From the NCBI GenBank assembly GCA_003141835.1, contig PLNR01000010.1, positions 3,768 through 67,767 of the forward strand: a DNA stretch of 64,000 bases, written 5' to 3'. Position numbers and translations under genes: made by a program. Of the stretch, positions 1-9,976 are shown piece after piece. A model generated the notes under the pieces. The model did not search any database and had not been told where the DNA came from. It saw only the letters and a program-made list of their open reading frames with translations. Source of the stretch: Candidatus Omnitrophota bacterium (GTDB lineage Bacteria; Omnitrophota; Gorgyraeia; Pluralincolimonadales; Pluralincolimonadaceae). Numbering within the stretch: position 1 is the stretch's first letter; every line of letters begins with the position of its first letter.

Positions 1-331
1 ATTCACCAACGATAAGCTTGCCGAGGAGTACAGGTATAAATCCGACAGCCCCTACCAGAATGCCGTGCTGCTGCCTTTCTACCTCCGCCGGGTCGACAAC
101 CTGAAAGTAGGATGGAGCATGGTCGTGCGCCTACAGGAAGTTTTTACCGTCACTTTGGTAGGCATCGAAGACGTGAAGGTGAACGATAATAAGATAACGG
201 CCTACCACTTCACCAGCAAGCCCGATAAGTTCGAGGTATGGATCAGCAAAGACAAGGACCGCCTGCCTGTCCTTATCAAGGGGACAGTCGGCTGCAGCAT
301 GTCGATGCAAAGTCACACAGCCGGACTGTGA
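1..331 (+). CDS. C-terminal part of a DUF3108-like exported beta-rich protein (5' truncated by the window edge)
   Basis: The frame is open from position 2 to TGA 331. The C-terminus 'FEVWISKDKDRLPVLIK' resembles the DUF3108-type 'W.s.D..r.Pv' motif. Confidence 0.55.
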   Translation, partial: FTNDKLAEEYRYKSDSPYQNAVLLPFYLRRVDNLKVGWSMVVRLQEVFTVTLVGIEDVKVNDNKITAYHFTSKPDKFEVWISKDKDRLPVLIKGTVGCSMSMQSHTAGL

Positions 332-344
332 AACGACCCCTAAT

Positions 345-387
345 CCCCAAAAATCCTTGATATAATAAGATATTATCCTTATAATAA
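345..387 (+). promoter_or_regulatory. Sigma70 promoter cassette, copy 1 (TTGATA-17-TATAAT, with TAATA-N3-TATTA dyad in the spacer)
   Basis: TTGATA 357-362, TATAAT 380-385, ATG at 397. Identical to copy 3 at 40 of 43 positions. Confidence 0.8.
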
Positions 388-396
388 CTATAAAAT

Positions 397-2094
397 ATGA
401 AAAGAATATCCGGTCTGTTGCTGTGGATGGTATTTGCGGTCAACGCCGCTAACGCCTGGGCCCTTCAAGACAAAGCCGATATTATCTACATAGGCGGCGA
501 TATCGTTACGATGAACGATGTCCAGCCTGCGGCTGAAGCAGTCGCGGTCAAAGACGGCAAGATCCTCTCCGTCGGCAAAAAGGCGGATATTTTAGCCCTT
601 AAAGACAGTTCCACTAAGATCGTCGACCTCGGGGGCAGGACAATGCTTCCGGGATTTATCGATGCCCACAGCCATTTGACCATGGCTTTTATCTATCTGC
701 AGGCGGCGAACGTCTCCCCGGTACCGATCGGCACAGTGACCGACATCCCCAGCCTTAAAAACATTATCAAGGATTTTATAGCCAAAAATAAGGTCCCCAA
801 AGGCGAATGGGTCCTCGCGTGGGGTTATGACAACTCCGCGCTCAAGGAAAACCGCCACATCACTTGTGAAGACCTTGATCCCGTCACTCCGGATAACCCG
901 ACAGTAGTCGTGCATTGTTCCGCCCATGGCGCGGTGATCAATTCGCTGGCGCTCGCGCAATGGGGGATCACCGACAAGACCCCGACGCCTCCCGGCGGGA
1001 CTATCGGGCGTTTTCCCGGGACGAACCGGCCGAACGGCCTGTTGATGGAAGCCGCATGGCTCCCGTGCGAAGGGAAATTGCCGCGGCCTTCGCCGGATAA
1101 ACTGCTGGGAATGATACCACAGGCGCAGCAATTGTACGCGCAAAACGGCTACACCACGGCCGCTGAAGGGGCCACAGGATATGATGATTACAAATTGCTC
1201 TTTGCCGCTGCCCAAAAAGGCCTTTTATACCTCGATATCCGTTCGTTGCCCGTTTATTGGGACCTGGATAAATTCGATGCTGACAAGAGCGTTGTCTTCG
1301 GCAAAGACTATAACCATTTGAAACTGGCCGGAGTGAAATTCCTGATAGACGGTTCGCCGCAAGGGCTTACGGCTTTGATGTCGAAGCCTTACCTGGTCCA
1401 GGGGCCGAACGGAGAGGCGAATTGGCACGGCCTGCAGTCTGTTACCACAGACGATTTTAACAAACTCGTCAAGAAGGTAGTCGACCGCGGCATCCCGGTC
1501 TATACGCATTGCAACGGGGACGCCTCCATCGACATCGTAATAGCCGGGCTAAAGGCCGCCGGGGTTACCGCAAGCCAGGACCGGCGAGACGTGGTCGTGC
1601 ATTCCCAGTTCATGCGTCCCGAACAATTGGATGAATACGTCAAGCTAGGTGTTTTTCCCTCGTTCTTCACCAACCACGCCTTTTACTGGGGTGACACGCA
1701 CATAAGGAATTTCGGAAAAGACCGCGCATTTTTCTTGAGCCCGATGAAAAGCGCGAAAGCCAAGGGCATTCGCTTCAGCAATCACACCGATTTCCTTGTC
1801 ACCCCGCTTAACCCGATGATGCCGCTTTGGACCGCGGTGGCGCGCAGATCGAAATCCGGTGTGATCGTCGGGCCGAATGAGCGTATCGGCGTGATGGATT
1901 CGCTCAAGGCGCTGACGATCAACGGGGCTTATCAATACCATGAAGAGAATATCAAGGGTTCGATCGAACCGGGTAAACTGGCCGACTTTGTCATCCTGGA
2001 CCGTAACCCGCTGAAAGTTAAGACCGGCGACCTGAAGGGGCTTAAGGTGACGGAGACGATCAAGGAAAGCCGGATGGTCTATAAACTTAATTAG
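397..2094 (+). CDS. Secreted metal-dependent amidohydrolase (YtcJ-like / amidohydrolase_3)
   Basis: Signal peptide; PGFIDAHSH, K..IDGS.QG, HCNGD, HSQF, HTD and GSIEPGKLADFVIL motifs. Confidence 0.9.
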   Translation: MKRISGLLLWMVFAVNAANAWALQDKADIIYIGGDIVTMNDVQPAAEAVAVKDGKILSVGKKADILALKDSSTKIVDLGGRTMLPGFIDAHSHLTMAFIYLQAANVSPVPIGTVTDIPSLKNIIKDFIAKNKVPKGEWVLAWGYDNSALKENRHITCEDLDPVTPDNPTVVVHCSAHGAVINSLALAQWGITDKTPTPPGGTIGRFPGTNRPNGLLMEAAWLPCEGKLPRPSPDKLLGMIPQAQQLYAQNGYTTAAEGATGYDDYKLLFAAAQKGLLYLDIRSLPVYWDLDKFDADKSVVFGKDYNHLKLAGVKFLIDGSPQGLTALMSKPYLVQGPNGEANWHGLQSVTTDDFNKLVKKVVDRGIPVYTHCNGDASIDIVIAGLKAAGVTASQDRRDVVVHSQFMRPEQLDEYVKLGVFPSFFTNHAFYWGDTHIRNFGKDRAFFLSPMKSAKAKGIRFSNHTDFLVTPLNPMMPLWTAVARRSKSGVIVGPNERIGVMDSLKALTINGAYQYHEENIKGSIEPGKLADFVILDRNPLKVKTGDLKGLKVTETIKESRMVYKLN

Positions 2095-2104
2095 AGAGGT
2101 TAAT

Positions 2105-4003
2105 ATGCCGAAGGCAAAGATTTCCATCGCTTTATTATCACTCTGTTTTTTTACGGCGCAGGCTTTTGCCCAGACTTTTTCATTGAGTTCTTTAGGAGAG
2201 GTGTTCGCGCCGCGGGATAAGACGACGGTCTATGTCGCGAAGAAGATAATAACGATGGAAGACAGTAAGCCGTCTGCCTCGGCGGTCGCGGTCACCGGGG
2301 ACCGAATAGTCGCTGTCGGCACCCTCGACGAGGTCAAGAACGCCCTGAACGGGCAGGATTTTACCGTAGATAACCGTTTTGCCGGCAAGGTGATCATGCC
2401 TGGGCTGATAGACCCCCACCTCCATGTCTTCCTGCTCGCGTTCCTCGCGCCGACGACCTTCATCACGCCTGACGATTGGGATTTCCCCTGGGCGCAGATA
2501 AAGGGGGTCACCGGCCATGACGCCTATATGAAAAAGCTGGTTGAGTCCGAAAAGGCGATGAAGGACAAAAAAGAATGGTTTATCACGTGGGGCTATCACC
2601 AGTATTTCCACGGCAAGATCTCGCGAAAGGACCTCGACGCGGTCTCAATGACCCGTCCGATCGTGGTCTGGCACCGTTCCTTCCATGAGATATATTTGAA
2701 CACCGCCGCGATCAACGCCATGAAGATCACTGACGAGAATATGAAAGGGCACGGCCATGCGAGCGAGCAGATAGACCTCCCGAACGGCCATTTTTGGGAA
2801 GCAGGGTTCATCTATCTCGGCAATAATTACCTTATGAAACACCTGGCCTCGCCGCTCCGTTTTTATAAGGGGCTGAAGATGTTCAAGGAATATGTCAGCG
2901 CAAGCGGGATGACCACTGTCGCCGATCCCGGCATAGAGCTCCCAAATTCCGCCATGGAGATGATAAGGCTGGTGCTCGATAATGACAATACGCCGTTCCG
3001 GAGCTGTTTGATCGCCAACGGCCAGACGATGTATGAGACTTACGGCGCGGCCAAAGCGCTGGAGGAGACGGAAAAACGCCTCCGGAAGAACGGCCATCGC
3101 GTTTATTACATGCCGAAACAGGTAAAATTTTATTGTGACGGCGCCGCTTTTTCGCAGAATATGCAGCTAAAGGACGGTTATACGGACGGCCATACCGGCT
3201 CCTGGATCCAGCCGCCGGATGAGATCGAGGCATGCACTAAACTGTACTGGGACGCGGGTTACCAGATCCGCGTACACGTCAACGGCGATGAGGGCAATGA
3301 CGTGCTCATCAACGACCTTGATAAATTGATGAAAGAGAACCCGCGCAAGGACCATCGTTTCACATTCGACCATTACTGCGTCTCCACGCCGGAACAGGCC
3401 AAGCAGATCGCCCAGCTCGGCGGGCTCGTCAGCGTCAATCCTTATTATGTATATGTGCTGAGCGACTTGTATTCCCAGTTCGGCCTGGGGCCGGAGCGGG
3501 GGCAATACATGGTGCGTTGCAATACTTTGCTTAAAAATAATATACCGTTATCCCTGCATTCCGATTGCACAATGGCGCCGGCAAGGCCGTTGACGCTGGC
3601 ATGGTGCGCGGTTAACCGCCTGACCATGTCCGGCAAGGTCGCGGGACCCGAAGAAAAGATCGGCGTGAATGACGCTCTCAAGGCCGTTACCATTAATGCT
3701 GCTTATGTCCTGCAGAAAGAAAAAGAGATCGGCAGCATCGCTCCGGGAAAGACCGCCGACTTTACTATCCTTGAGCAGGATCCCTTATCGGTAAAACCGG
3801 AACAATTAAAGGATATCGCCGTGTGGGGGAACATCTTTGAAGGGAAGGTCTACCGGAATAAATATAAAAGCAAGGTTTCTATGTACACGGGCAGGGAATC
3901 GGAAATATTAGGGAATGGACCGTCCGGTTTAAACAGCCGGGGCCATGACGATCTTTGCATGCTTAACCAGATCCTGCAAGAGTCAATGAGGAGGGGAGAA
4001 TGA
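2105..4003 (+). CDS. Secreted metal-dependent amidohydrolase (YtcJ-like), second paralog
   Basis: Signal peptide; PGLIDPHLH, HVNGD, HSD and GSIAPGKTADFTIL motifs; AGAGG SD. Confidence 0.9.
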   Translation: MPKAKISIALLSLCFFTAQAFAQTFSLSSLGEVFAPRDKTTVYVAKKIITMEDSKPSASAVAVTGDRIVAVGTLDEVKNALNGQDFTVDNRFAGKVIMPGLIDPHLHVFLLAFLAPTTFITPDDWDFPWAQIKGVTGHDAYMKKLVESEKAMKDKKEWFITWGYHQYFHGKISRKDLDAVSMTRPIVVWHRSFHEIYLNTAAINAMKITDENMKGHGHASEQIDLPNGHFWEAGFIYLGNNYLMKHLASPLRFYKGLKMFKEYVSASGMTTVADPGIELPNSAMEMIRLVLDNDNTPFRSCLIANGQTMYETYGAAKALEETEKRLRKNGHRVYYMPKQVKFYCDGAAFSQNMQLKDGYTDGHTGSWIQPPDEIEACTKLYWDAGYQIRVHVNGDEGNDVLINDLDKLMKENPRKDHRFTFDHYCVSTPEQAKQIAQLGGLVSVNPYYVYVLSDLYSQFGLGPERGQYMVRCNTLLKNNIPLSLHSDCTMAPARPLTLAWCAVNRLTMSGKVAGPEEKIGVNDALKAVTINAAYVLQKEKEIGSIAPGKTADFTILEQDPLSVKPEQLKDIAVWGNIFEGKVYRNKYKSKVSMYTGRESEILGNGPSGLNSRGHDDLCMLNQILQESMRRGE

Positions 4004-5058
4004 TCGCGTTGCGAAAGAGCATAATTTTTGCTTTGATTGTCTTCTGCGTTTGCCCGGCCGCATATGCCGCGAACATGGGCCATTACAGCCCCGATGACAA
4101 CGGTGTCAGGGATTACGTTATGCCGCATAAGAAGGGATTATCGGTAACCGTCGATAATACGTATTTCACCAGCAATACGTTCAAGGGGACGGACGGCGGC
4201 AAATTAAATTCACTCTCCGCTACGCGCACAGAGACAAAATACATAAAGCTCTTCGATAAAACGATACCCGTTACCCGCACCGAAAGCGCCACAGTCGACA
4301 TTGATTTCAACAATAATACTTTTTACCAGACATGGGACCTGACATACAAGCCCGACGTGAAATTGCTGGGCGCGGATTACGCTTTTTCCGTATCCCCTAC
4401 ATGGGGATACGCCATGTTTGAGGCAAAATTAAAGGCGGATGCGAGATGCACCGTTTCCATAGGCGACATAAGGAAAACCCTTACCGCCGCTATTTCGGAT
4501 ACTATCAAGGAAGAGAATACCGGTTTCGGCGACCTGTATGTCCAGCCGCTCTGGTTCGCCTGGCGCGGCAAGCATTATGACGCGGGCTTAAGTTACGGTT
4601 TCTACGCCCCGACCGGCCAGCATGACAAGAACGGCCTGGCGAACATCGGATACGGCTTCTGGACCCAGCAGGTCCAGGCGAACCTCTATTACTTCCCGTT
4701 CAAGAGCCAGGGTACCGCCTTGGTGCTCCGGCCTACCTATGAGTGGAACTCCGAGAGAATAGATGAAGATGTAACTCCGGGCCAGACCATCAGCATCGAA
4801 TACGGCGTGTCGCAGATCGTTTTTTCACAGGCAGAATTGGCCGTCCTCGGATATGAGCAGATCCAATTGTCCGGGGAAAAAGGGGACAACGTGACCGGCA
4901 AGCATCCGATAAGCGGCACCAGAGGAATAGGCGGCCAGATAAAGGGCTGGGTCGTGAAGGATAAGTGTTCCATAGCCGCCAAGTACAGTGCGGAATATGG
5001 CACGAAAATGAATTTTGAAGGCAGCTCCTGGTCGCTTAACCTGAGTTGGATCTTTTGA
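4000..5058 (+). CDS. SphA / Phenol_MetA_deg-family outer-membrane beta-barrel channel
   Basis: Signal peptide; GFGDLYVQP, YAPTG and NIGYGFWT motifs; C-terminal aromatic residue (WIF); ATGA overlap with the upstream gene. Confidence 0.8.
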   Translation: MIALRKSIIFALIVFCVCPAAYAANMGHYSPDDNGVRDYVMPHKKGLSVTVDNTYFTSNTFKGTDGGKLNSLSATRTETKYIKLFDKTIPVTRTESATVDIDFNNNTFYQTWDLTYKPDVKLLGADYAFSVSPTWGYAMFEAKLKADARCTVSIGDIRKTLTAAISDTIKEENTGFGDLYVQPLWFAWRGKHYDAGLSYGFYAPTGQHDKNGLANIGYGFWTQQVQANLYYFPFKSQGTALVLRPTYEWNSERIDEDVTPGQTISIEYGVSQIVFSQAELAVLGYEQIQLSGEKGDNVTGKHPISGTRGIGGQIKGWVVKDKCSIAAKYSAEYGTKMNFEGSSWSLNLSWIF

Positions 5059-5063
5059 AGTAA

Positions 5064-5076
5064 GGGGACATGCCCC
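5064..5076. repeat. REP-like GGGGAC palindrome
   Basis: GGGGACATGCCCC lies just after the stop codon and resembles the elements at 53116, 59175 and 61655. Confidence 0.4.
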
Positions 5077-5149
5077 GTTAAACCCGGATTCCTTGATGCG
5101 CTTAAAAAAGGCTCGGGAAGGGATAAATAACCTGACTTTTATAGATTAC

Positions 5150-5178
5150 TTGCAAATCCGGACAGTATTTGGTATAAT
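5150..5178 (+). promoter_or_regulatory. Sigma70 promoter of the ABC-F gene
   Basis: TTGCAA-17 nt-TATAAT, flanked by the direct repeat ATAACCTGAC at 5127 and 5177. Confidence 0.7.
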
Positions 5179-5213
5179 AACCTGACAAATAAAAAATCGG
5201 GTTAGTTAAATTC

Positions 5214-5242
5214 GGCCCTGTTTGATGACGGGGCCTTTTTTT
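5214..5242 (+). terminator. Intrinsic terminator inside the ABC-F 5' leader (attenuator)
   Basis: GGCCCTG/CGGGGCC stem followed by a T run, located between the promoter and ATG 5268. Confidence 0.7.
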
Positions 5243-5267
5243 CTGCCGATATTAAGGATCCCAAAAG

Positions 5268-6860
5268 ATGATCTCAGCAAACGGTTTATCATTGCATTTT
5301 GGCTCGCGCAAACTTTTTTCCGGCGTTAATATAATTTTTTCGCCGGGGAATTGTTACGGGCTGATAGGGGCTAACGGCTCGGGGAAATCCACGTTCTTGA
5401 AGATACTCTCCGGTGAGATCGATTCCACGGCCGGCGAGGTGGCGGTAACTCCGGGCGAACGGATCGCGGTCTTAAAGCAGGACCAGTTCGCTTTTGACGG
5501 ATTCACGGCCCTGACCACCGTCATCATGGGCCATAAGAGGCTCTATGATATCATAGAGAAAAAGGAAGCGCTCCACGCAAAAAAGGATTTTACCGATAAG
5601 GACGGGATGGACCTTTCCGAGCTTGAGGCCGAGTTCTCGGTCCTGGACGGGTGGAACGCCGAATCCGACGCGGCAAAATTGTTAAGCGACCTTGGGATCG
5701 AGGAACAGTTCCAAGGGGTAAAGATGAAGGATTTGGAAGAGGGCCAGAAGGTGCGCGTGCTGCTGGCCCAGGCCTTGTTCGGCAACCCGGATATCCTTCT
5801 GCTCGACGAGCCCACGAACCACCTTGATATCGAGAATTGCATATGGCTTGAAGGGTTCCTGTCCAATTTCAAGAATACCGCTATCGTGGTCTCACACGAC
5901 CGCCATTTCCTGGATAAGGTCTGCACGCATATCGCGGACATCGATTACGGCAAGATCCAGCTCTATCCGGGCAATTTCAGTTTCTGGCTTGAGTCCAGCC
6001 AACTTATCCTCAGGCAGCGGATGGAGGCCAATAAAAAGATCGAGAAGAAGAGGGAGGAGCTGAAAAGTTTTATCGCCCGTTTCAGCGCCAACGCGTCCAA
6101 GGCAAAGCAGGCGACCAGCCGCAAGAAGATCCTGGAAAAACTTACCCTTGAGGACATCAAGCCTTCTTCGAGGAGGAGCCCGTATATAAATTTCGAACAG
6201 GCGCGCGAAGCAGGGAACAATGTCCTGGCTATCGACCGCTTATCCAGGTCGCTTAACGGCGAGCCCATGTTCAAGGGCCTTACATTTACGGTTGAGAAGG
6301 GCGATAAGATCGCTTTTGTCGGTTCCGATGACCTCGCTAATACGACCCTGTTCCAGGTGCTGGCCGGGGAGGCGCGGGCTGATAGCGGCAATTTCAAATG
6401 GGGCGCTTCGGTCAACCTGGCGTATTATCCAAAGGATAATACCAAATATTTTGACGTGGACTGCGACATTATCGAATGGCTCCTCCGGCAATCGAAGAGC
6501 ACCGACGTAAGTTTTGCGCGCGGATTTTTGGGCCGGATGCTTTTTTCCGGGGATGAATCCTTAAAACAGGTCAGGGTCTTATCCGGCGGCGAGCGGGTCA
6601 GGTGCATGCTGTCGCGCATGATGCTTGCCCAGCCGAATGTAATGATCCTGGACCAGCCGACCAACCATCTTGACCTGGAATCGATCGAAGCCCTGAACAA
6701 GGGCCTGGAGAAGTATGAAGGGACACTGCTGTTCGCTTCGCATGACCATCAGCTGATCCAGACCGTGGCTAACCGCATTGTCGAGATCACGCCAAACGGT
6801 TTTATAGACCGCCCCGGCATAACCTTTGATGAGTATTTATCCGCAGAGATCCTCGCCTGA
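5268..6860 (+). CDS. ABC-F family ribosome-associated ATPase (YbiT/YkpA-like)
   Basis: Two NBDs and no TM segments; GNCYGLIGANGSGKST, LLLDEPTNHLD, linker FSANASKAKQATSR, LSGGE. Confidence 0.92.
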   Translation: MISANGLSLHFGSRKLFSGVNIIFSPGNCYGLIGANGSGKSTFLKILSGEIDSTAGEVAVTPGERIAVLKQDQFAFDGFTALTTVIMGHKRLYDIIEKKEALHAKKDFTDKDGMDLSELEAEFSVLDGWNAESDAAKLLSDLGIEEQFQGVKMKDLEEGQKVRVLLAQALFGNPDILLLDEPTNHLDIENCIWLEGFLSNFKNTAIVVSHDRHFLDKVCTHIADIDYGKIQLYPGNFSFWLESSQLILRQRMEANKKIEKKREELKSFIARFSANASKAKQATSRKKILEKLTLEDIKPSSRRSPYINFEQAREAGNNVLAIDRLSRSLNGEPMFKGLTFTVEKGDKIAFVGSDDLANTTLFQVLAGEARADSGNFKWGASVNLAYYPKDNTKYFDVDCDIIEWLLRQSKSTDVSFARGFLGRMLFSGDESLKQVRVLSGGERVRCMLSRMMLAQPNVMILDQPTNHLDLESIEALNKGLEKYEGTLLFASHDHQLIQTVANRIVEITPNGFIDRPGITFDEYLSAEILA

Positions 6861-6925
6861 CCCCATAGCCGTTGTTAATAATTTTGATTTATGGTAGAAT
6901 CAAAAAAATTGGAAGATATAAGGTT

Positions 6926-9900
6926 ATGAGAGCGCGTTATTTAAAATTTTTCAAATTTTCCGGCCTTTTTGTTTTTGTCCTGCTTTCACTTTTTAGCCCA
7001 CCCGCAGCTACAGCCGAAACCTTTGATCAGGCATGCGCTAATGCCCTGGCCAATATCAAGGCAGTATCGGGTTCCAACGCTTTCGTCCCCGATCCCAATG
7101 CCATCCCTGCCAGGGGCAACAAGGCGATCATTACGATACAGGGCACTCCGGCCTCTGAGAATCCTGCTTTCGGCCTTACATATAACAGTAATTTTGGCGG
7201 CGGCACGAACTATTTAGTGGTCAGGACATTGACTAATAACGGGTTTTATAACAATAGCAGCGGAAACCTGCGGAACGGGGTGGGAGACTACACCACTTTC
7301 AACGACGGGACCGGGATCCATAGCGCCTCGTGGATGACTACCGGCAATGAAATGACTAAGGTTATTGATGCCAGCCACACTCTCCCCGGTGATATAGTGA
7401 CGACTTTGGAGCGGTCGCTTGGTATTAATACCGACCCGGCAAAGGGCGGTAATTCGCATACCGCGATAGTGGAATACGGCGTGATCCCCGATCTCAATCA
7501 TTTGATCCGGCCTACCAACCTGCTTTTGATCAAGAGTTATTCTCCAGATCACGCCGATTACACATATAACACCCCTCTTTTTAACCCGGTGCAGCCCCCG
7601 CTCGCGGATATGGGCCAGGCTGTCTTTGATCACGCAAAGGCTTACCTTCAATACTGGCAAACCACTCAGTTGGATGCCGGTGTTTTTCCTTGGACCGAGC
7701 TGGGGTATACGTATTACTGGGGGCAGAGCGGCATAACCCTTAATGATATACAGGGTTCAAGCGAGTTCATCATTTTGGGCGGCACCAATGTTAAGATCAT
7801 CGGCATGTATTCGCCGCAATCTTATATGTATACCAAAAACAAGAATGGCGCCTTCAGCAGCGACGCAGACGCCGAATACGGCAACGGTTTCGGAAGTTTC
7901 AATGTAACGGATACCTGCGATACTATCTGGGCAGGCAATGCTTTCCAGAAGAATGCCGGCAATGACCCTAATAATCCTAACCAGATAATTTTAGCCGCCT
8001 TACCCGGCGTCCCGACTGTTTCAGGGGGGCAGGGGCTGCTGGTCTGGTCGACGAACTATACCGTTACCAATAACGGCACCATAAGCGGAGCGACCGTTAA
8101 CAAATTAAAAGATGCCACTGCCGGTGCAGGTAAGAATAATCCGGGGATGGACGGCACCGCAAATATCGCCGTACTTTTTTTAGGTAATACCAGTTACGGA
8201 GATCCAGGCGGCAAAAATATACTCATTAACTCAGGGGAGATCTCCAGCGATCCCGCCAACGCCAGTACTGCCGTAGAGGCTGATGCGGGAACCACCGAGA
8301 TAACCAATAATACCGGCGGAATAATTTCCGGATATAAATACGGCATCCATTTTTTGAGCGGCACCAACAGGATCACTAATATGGGGACCATTTCCGCGAC
8401 CGGACCCGCGGCAGGTAATCCCGCGGCGATCCGGATCGACGGAGGAACTACCGCTATCGACAGTACCGGCGGGACTATCAACGGGAATGTGGTCGTGGCA
8501 TCCGGGGCCTCGCTTGATGTCGGCGCGTCCACATTGAATGTTAACGGCAAGTATGTACAGGATAACAGCTCAACCCTCAAGGTGACCGTTGCCGACCCGT
8601 CCTCATCCGGTAAAATAATATCCAACACCGATACGACCGTATCCGCGGCGAGCAATGTCAATGTTACGGTTGCGAACAGTACCTTCATCCCGAATAATAC
8701 CACATTCACGGTAGTAGACGCTGCAGGCGCCGCCGACGTAAATGTACCCGGCATGATCGCGTCAAGCGACCCCCGCATCACGTTCTCAGGCGTAAGCTCA
8801 AACGGCGGCCTCATTTTAACAGCGAGCCGCGCAACGAGCGGTTTCTCCAGTTTAGGCACAAATTCCAATACCTCTGCCGTCGGCGGTGTCCTGGATAACA
8901 TCTCAAGCCCGTCAGGCGATATGACAACCGTCTTAAATACACTCGAAGGACTGAGTAATTCGCAAACAGAATCGGCCCTTGCCACTGTCGTCCCGATAGT
9001 AGACAGCGGAGTGACCAACGTCAGCAATACTACCATTAACCAGTTCATCGGGACCAGTACCGATAGGCTGGGAGGCCTCTTCGCCCAGGCGCAACAAGAG
9101 GAAGAGACAGGCGTCTCTACCGGCAGTAAGGAAAAAAGCGGTTTCGAGGCATGGGGCAGGGGATTCGGCGAAGCCGCCCACCAAGACCCCAGAGGCTTAA
9201 GTAACGGCTATACCGCCACCATCTGGGGGACAGCATTAGGCGGCGACTTCCCCATATTTAACGACAAGGTAAGGCTCGGCGCCAGCGGCGGTTATGCCTT
9301 TAGCGACGTCAACTCAAAGGATAACTCCGGAGCAACAGACATCAACAGCTACCAAGCTACATTCTACGGCGGATACATAAACCCCGAGAAGCCCTACTAC
9401 ATAAACGGTGCCTTCTCATTCGCCTATAATACCTACAAAGGCAAAAGAAACATCGATATAGGCACGATTAGAAGGATTGCCAGCTCAAGCTATAAGGGCC
9501 AGCAGTACTCTGTCTTATTTGACGGCGGATATACCTTTAAGACCAAGAACATAAACATAACGCCTATCGCATCATTACAGTACCTGCGCCTAAACCTCCA
9601 GATCTACACCGAGACAGGGGCAGATGCCCTCAACCTAAGTGTCAAAGGCCAAGGCTACAATCTATTGGAATCCGGCCTGGGCGCAAGGTTCGACCGTCCC
9701 TTTGAGGGCAGCTACGGCACCTTGATCCCCGAGGTGCACGTAAAGTGGTTCTACGATATCATAACCGACAAGCAGGCCGCCACTTCGACTTTCTCAGGCG
9801 GCGGCGGCTCATTCGCCACCAACGGTTTTAGTCCCGCGCGCAATGCCTTAAACGCCGGCGGGCGTCTTGCGCTGATAACGAAAGGCAACTGGAGCTTCGA

Positions 9901-9976
9901 TGCCAACTACGACTTCGAATACAAACAGGACTTTACCTCCCATACGGGTTGGGCTGATATCAGGTACAAGTTTTAG
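6926..9976 (+). CDS. Type Va autotransporter with an uncharacterised N-terminal passenger domain
   Basis: Signal peptide from ATG 6926; Asn/Gly/Thr-rich beta-helix-like region; C-terminal barrel (WGRGFG..., YTETGA, ending RYKF). Confidence 0.88.
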   Translation: MRARYLKFFKFSGLFVFVLLSLFSPPAATAETFDQACANALANIKAVSGSNAFVPDPNAIPARGNKAIITIQGTPASENPAFGLTYNSNFGGGTNYLVVRTLTNNGFYNNSSGNLRNGVGDYTTFNDGTGIHSASWMTTGNEMTKVIDASHTLPGDIVTTLERSLGINTDPAKGGNSHTAIVEYGVIPDLNHLIRPTNLLLIKSYSPDHADYTYNTPLFNPVQPPLADMGQAVFDHAKAYLQYWQTTQLDAGVFPWTELGYTYYWGQSGITLNDIQGSSEFIILGGTNVKIIGMYSPQSYMYTKNKNGAFSSDADAEYGNGFGSFNVTDTCDTIWAGNAFQKNAGNDPNNPNQIILAALPGVPTVSGGQGLLVWSTNYTVTNNGTISGATVNKLKDATAGAGKNNPGMDGTANIAVLFLGNTSYGDPGGKNILINSGEISSDPANASTAVEADAGTTEITNNTGGIISGYKYGIHFLSGTNRITNMGTISATGPAAGNPAAIRIDGGTTAIDSTGGTINGNVVVASGASLDVGASTLNVNGKYVQDNSSTLKVTVADPSSSGKIISNTDTTVSAASNVNVTVANSTFIPNNTTFTVVDAAGAADVNVPGMIASSDPRITFSGVSSNGGLILTASRATSGFSSLGTNSNTSAVGGVLDNISSPSGDMTTVLNTLEGLSNSQTESALATVVPIVDSGVTNVSNTTINQFIGTSTDRLGGLFAQAQQEEETGVSTGSKEKSGFEAWGRGFGEAAHQDPRGLSNGYTATIWGTALGGDFPIFNDKVRLGASGGYAFSDVNSKDNSGATDINSYQATFYGGYINPEKPYYINGAFSFAYNTYKGKRNIDIGTIRRIASSSYKGQQYSVLFDGGYTFKTKNINITPIASLQYLRLNLQIYTETGADALNLSVKGQGYNLLESGLGARFDRPFEGSYGTLIPEVHVKWFYDIITDKQAATSTFSGGGGSFATNGFSPARNALNAGGRLALITKGNWSFDANYDFEYKQDFTSHTGWADIRYKF

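Noticed and set aside
345-387. Promoter cassette as an integron attC or tyrosine-recombinase site
   Set aside because: There are no RYYYAAC/GTTRRRY ends, no long hairpin and no integrase in the window. The exact -35/-10 spacing favours a promoter.
5083-5097. Possible fifth, truncated promoter-cassette copy (CCCGGATTCCTTGAT)
   Set aside because: Similarity stops after TTGAT, with no dyad or -10; too short to distinguish from chance.
8194-9048. Long antisense ORFs (also 10911-11627, 21287-21931, 22085-23098, 36826-37500, 42643-43653)
   Set aside because: They shadow well-supported + strand genes, carry no recognisable motifs and are expected from codon bias.
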